A stretch of 64,000 nt of DNA, taken from positions 8,690,727 through 8,754,726 of the forward strand of contig NC_057750.1 in the NCBI RefSeq assembly GCF_004010195.1. The letters run 5' to 3'. Shown one piece after another: positions 62,070 through 64,000 of this stretch. The notes beneath the pieces are model-generated. The model had not been told where the DNA came from and ran no database searches. It saw only the letters and a program-made list of their open reading frames with translations. A program made the translations under genes and the position numbers. The stretch is from Chiloscyllium plagiosum. Its lineage: Eukaryota. Position 1 is the stretch's first letter. Every line of letters begins with the position of its first letter.

Positions 62070-64000
62070 AGCTCGTGCTGTACCTATCCTGGGAGTACTT
62101 GATTGGCAGTAGCTTACTTTAAATTTGAAAGAGTAGAGAGAACTTTCTTCTGTATCTACCCCTGTACTATACCTGTCATGGGAGTGTTTGGTGGACCTGT
62201 TGAGGGAGATTTACTTTCAGCTTAAAAGAATAGAGTGAGCTTTAATCTGTATCCAACACCGTGCTGTCTCTGGGAGTATTTGATACAGATAGTGTACAGC
62301 AAATCTTACATTCAGTTTAAAATAGTAGAGGGAACCTTACTTTCTATTTACCCACGTGCTGTACTTGTACTGGGAGTGTTTAAGACAGGGACAGAGTGAG
62401 GGAGCTTTAAGATGTATCTAATCATATGCTGTCCCTGATAGGAGCAGTGTAGAGAGAGTGTTATTTCCAGTTTAAAAGAGTAGACGACGTTTTGCTCTGT
62501 ACCTAACTCTGTGCTGCACCCGTCCTGGGAGGATATGATGGACTTGTCGAGAGAGGTTTACTTTTAGTTTGAAAGAGTAGAGGGAACTTTACTCTGTATC
62601 TCACCCCATGCTGTACCTGTCCTGATGTGGAGATACTGGTGTTGGACTGGGTTGGACAAGGTCAAAAATCACACGTCACCAGGTTATAGTCCAACGGGTT
62701 TATTTGACAACACTAGCTTTTGGAGTGCTGCTCCTTCATCAGGTTGTGGAGGTGCTGGTGTTGGACTGGGATGGATAAACTTAAAAATCACACAACACCT
62801 TCATAGTTGTGTTCCGAAAGCTTGTACTTCCAAATAAATTTGTTGGACTATAACCTGATGTGTGATTTTTAACTTTGTTCTTCATCAGGTGTTAGTGAGA
62901 GAGGAAGACCTTAGACACAGAATTTATAAGGAAAAGATCAAAGTGTCATACAACTCATGCAAACAAATTGAACATACGTAAGATGACTCTTAAATCTTTA
63001 ATCAGTTAGAATGGAGATGCAGGTTTTGATTGAATAATATGCAAACCCCAGAAATTCTTTCATTTCACTGCCCTGAGACATTTTCAGGTGTTATTAATAT
63101 AAAGGAGGTGACACCTACAGTCAGACAGTGCATTTTAGGCATGAGGTCTTGTTTGGAGTCTGTCTGTGTCTTTTATTTCCAAAGTAGAAATTTACAAAAT
63201 GCCACATTGACTGACTATCTGCAAATTGTGTGCTAACATATACCTGCAAATACAAATCTGAAAAGCAAATTCACCCCATAGATTTATGTGTGCATGTGAG
63301 GAGAGGGGAAGAGAGAGAGTCACACACACACTGTCCCCCTCTTTCACGTGTGCGCACACACACACACACACATATAAGTCTGTGGGGTGAATTTGTATTT
63401 GCAGGTATATTTTTGTTCAAAAAGCACACAATTTGTAGACAGTCAGACAATGTGGCATTTTATAAACTCCTACTTTGGAAATAAAAGATAAAGACTCCAA
63501 GCAAAACCTCACGCCTAAAATACATTGTCTGACTTGAGGTTTCACCTTTATATTGATAATACCTTACGTATATTCAATTTGTTCGCATGAGTTGTATGAC
63601 CTTTTGATCTTTTCCTAATAAATTCTGTGTCTAATGGCTTCCTCTCTCACTAACACCTAATGAAGGAGCAGTGCTGCAAAAGCTAGTGTTTTCAAATAAA
63701 CCCATAGGACTATAATCTGGTACCTTGCTACAAGTGGTTGATAGGAACAATATTAAGAAGGGAACTTTATTTACAGTTTATAAGAATAGAGGGAGCTTTT
63801 CTTTGAATATAACCCAGTGCTATCCCTGTCCTGGAAGTGTTTGATGGATGCAGTATTGAGGGAGTTATGCTTTAGGTTAAAAGAGTACAGCAAGTTTTAT
63901 CTCCAGTTTAAGAGTAGAGGAAGCTTTACTCTGTACCTGATCCCTTGCTGTACCTGTCCTAGAAGTGCCAAATGTGGACAGTGTAGTAATCAATTAATAA
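62070..64000 (+). repeat. Degenerate tandem repeat (~60-90 bp units) interrupted by a PLE at 62625-63722
   Basis: Repeated gagtagagggagctttactctgtatct..ccc.gtgctgtacctgtcctgggagtgtttgatgg. Confidence 0.82.
62625..63722. mobile_element. Third PLE-like family: multiple termini and a large inverted duplication, with decayed hammerhead cores
   Basis: Minus strand at 62712-62744 reads cctgatgaaggagcagcactccaaaagcta; plus strand at 63657-63690 reads cctaatgaaggagcagtgctgcaaaagcta. 62880-63290 is inverted relative to 63370-63670. Confidence 0.7.

Overview
Eukaryotic, repeat-dense genomic DNA from a cartilaginous fish. HE1 SINEs, DeuSINE/SacSINE1-like SINEs and CR1/HER1 LINEs point to a shark, possibly a carpet or bamboo shark. 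The whole window lies inside one + strand bHLH-PAS gene of the NPAS1/NPAS3 family, most likely the NPAS1 orthologue. Three phase-compatible GT-AG coding exons are visible (24028-24202, 46168-46283, 53553-53746), covering PAS-A, the linker and the start of PAS-B. The rest is intronic: decayed and nested CR1 LINEs, SINEs, micro/minisatellites, two assembly gaps and at least three or four families of Penelope-like elements (PLEs). Main observations: (i) PLE termini carry minimal hammerhead-ribozyme cores with family-specific stems, and these termini also occur as ~100-200 bp stand-alone insertions with ~15 bp TSDs, often with inverted arms; (ii) an unclassified ~150-190 bp element with a hairpin at each end and A-tract flanks is locally amplified (5 copies plus 1 partial, two tandem pairs) and recurs at the TATA-like motif of an LTR-like repeat; (iii) several short templated insertions appear to be copied from nearby DNA; (iv) the first exon has a tandem in-frame splice donor. 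Repeat boundaries are approximate, and family names come from recognition rather than a database search.
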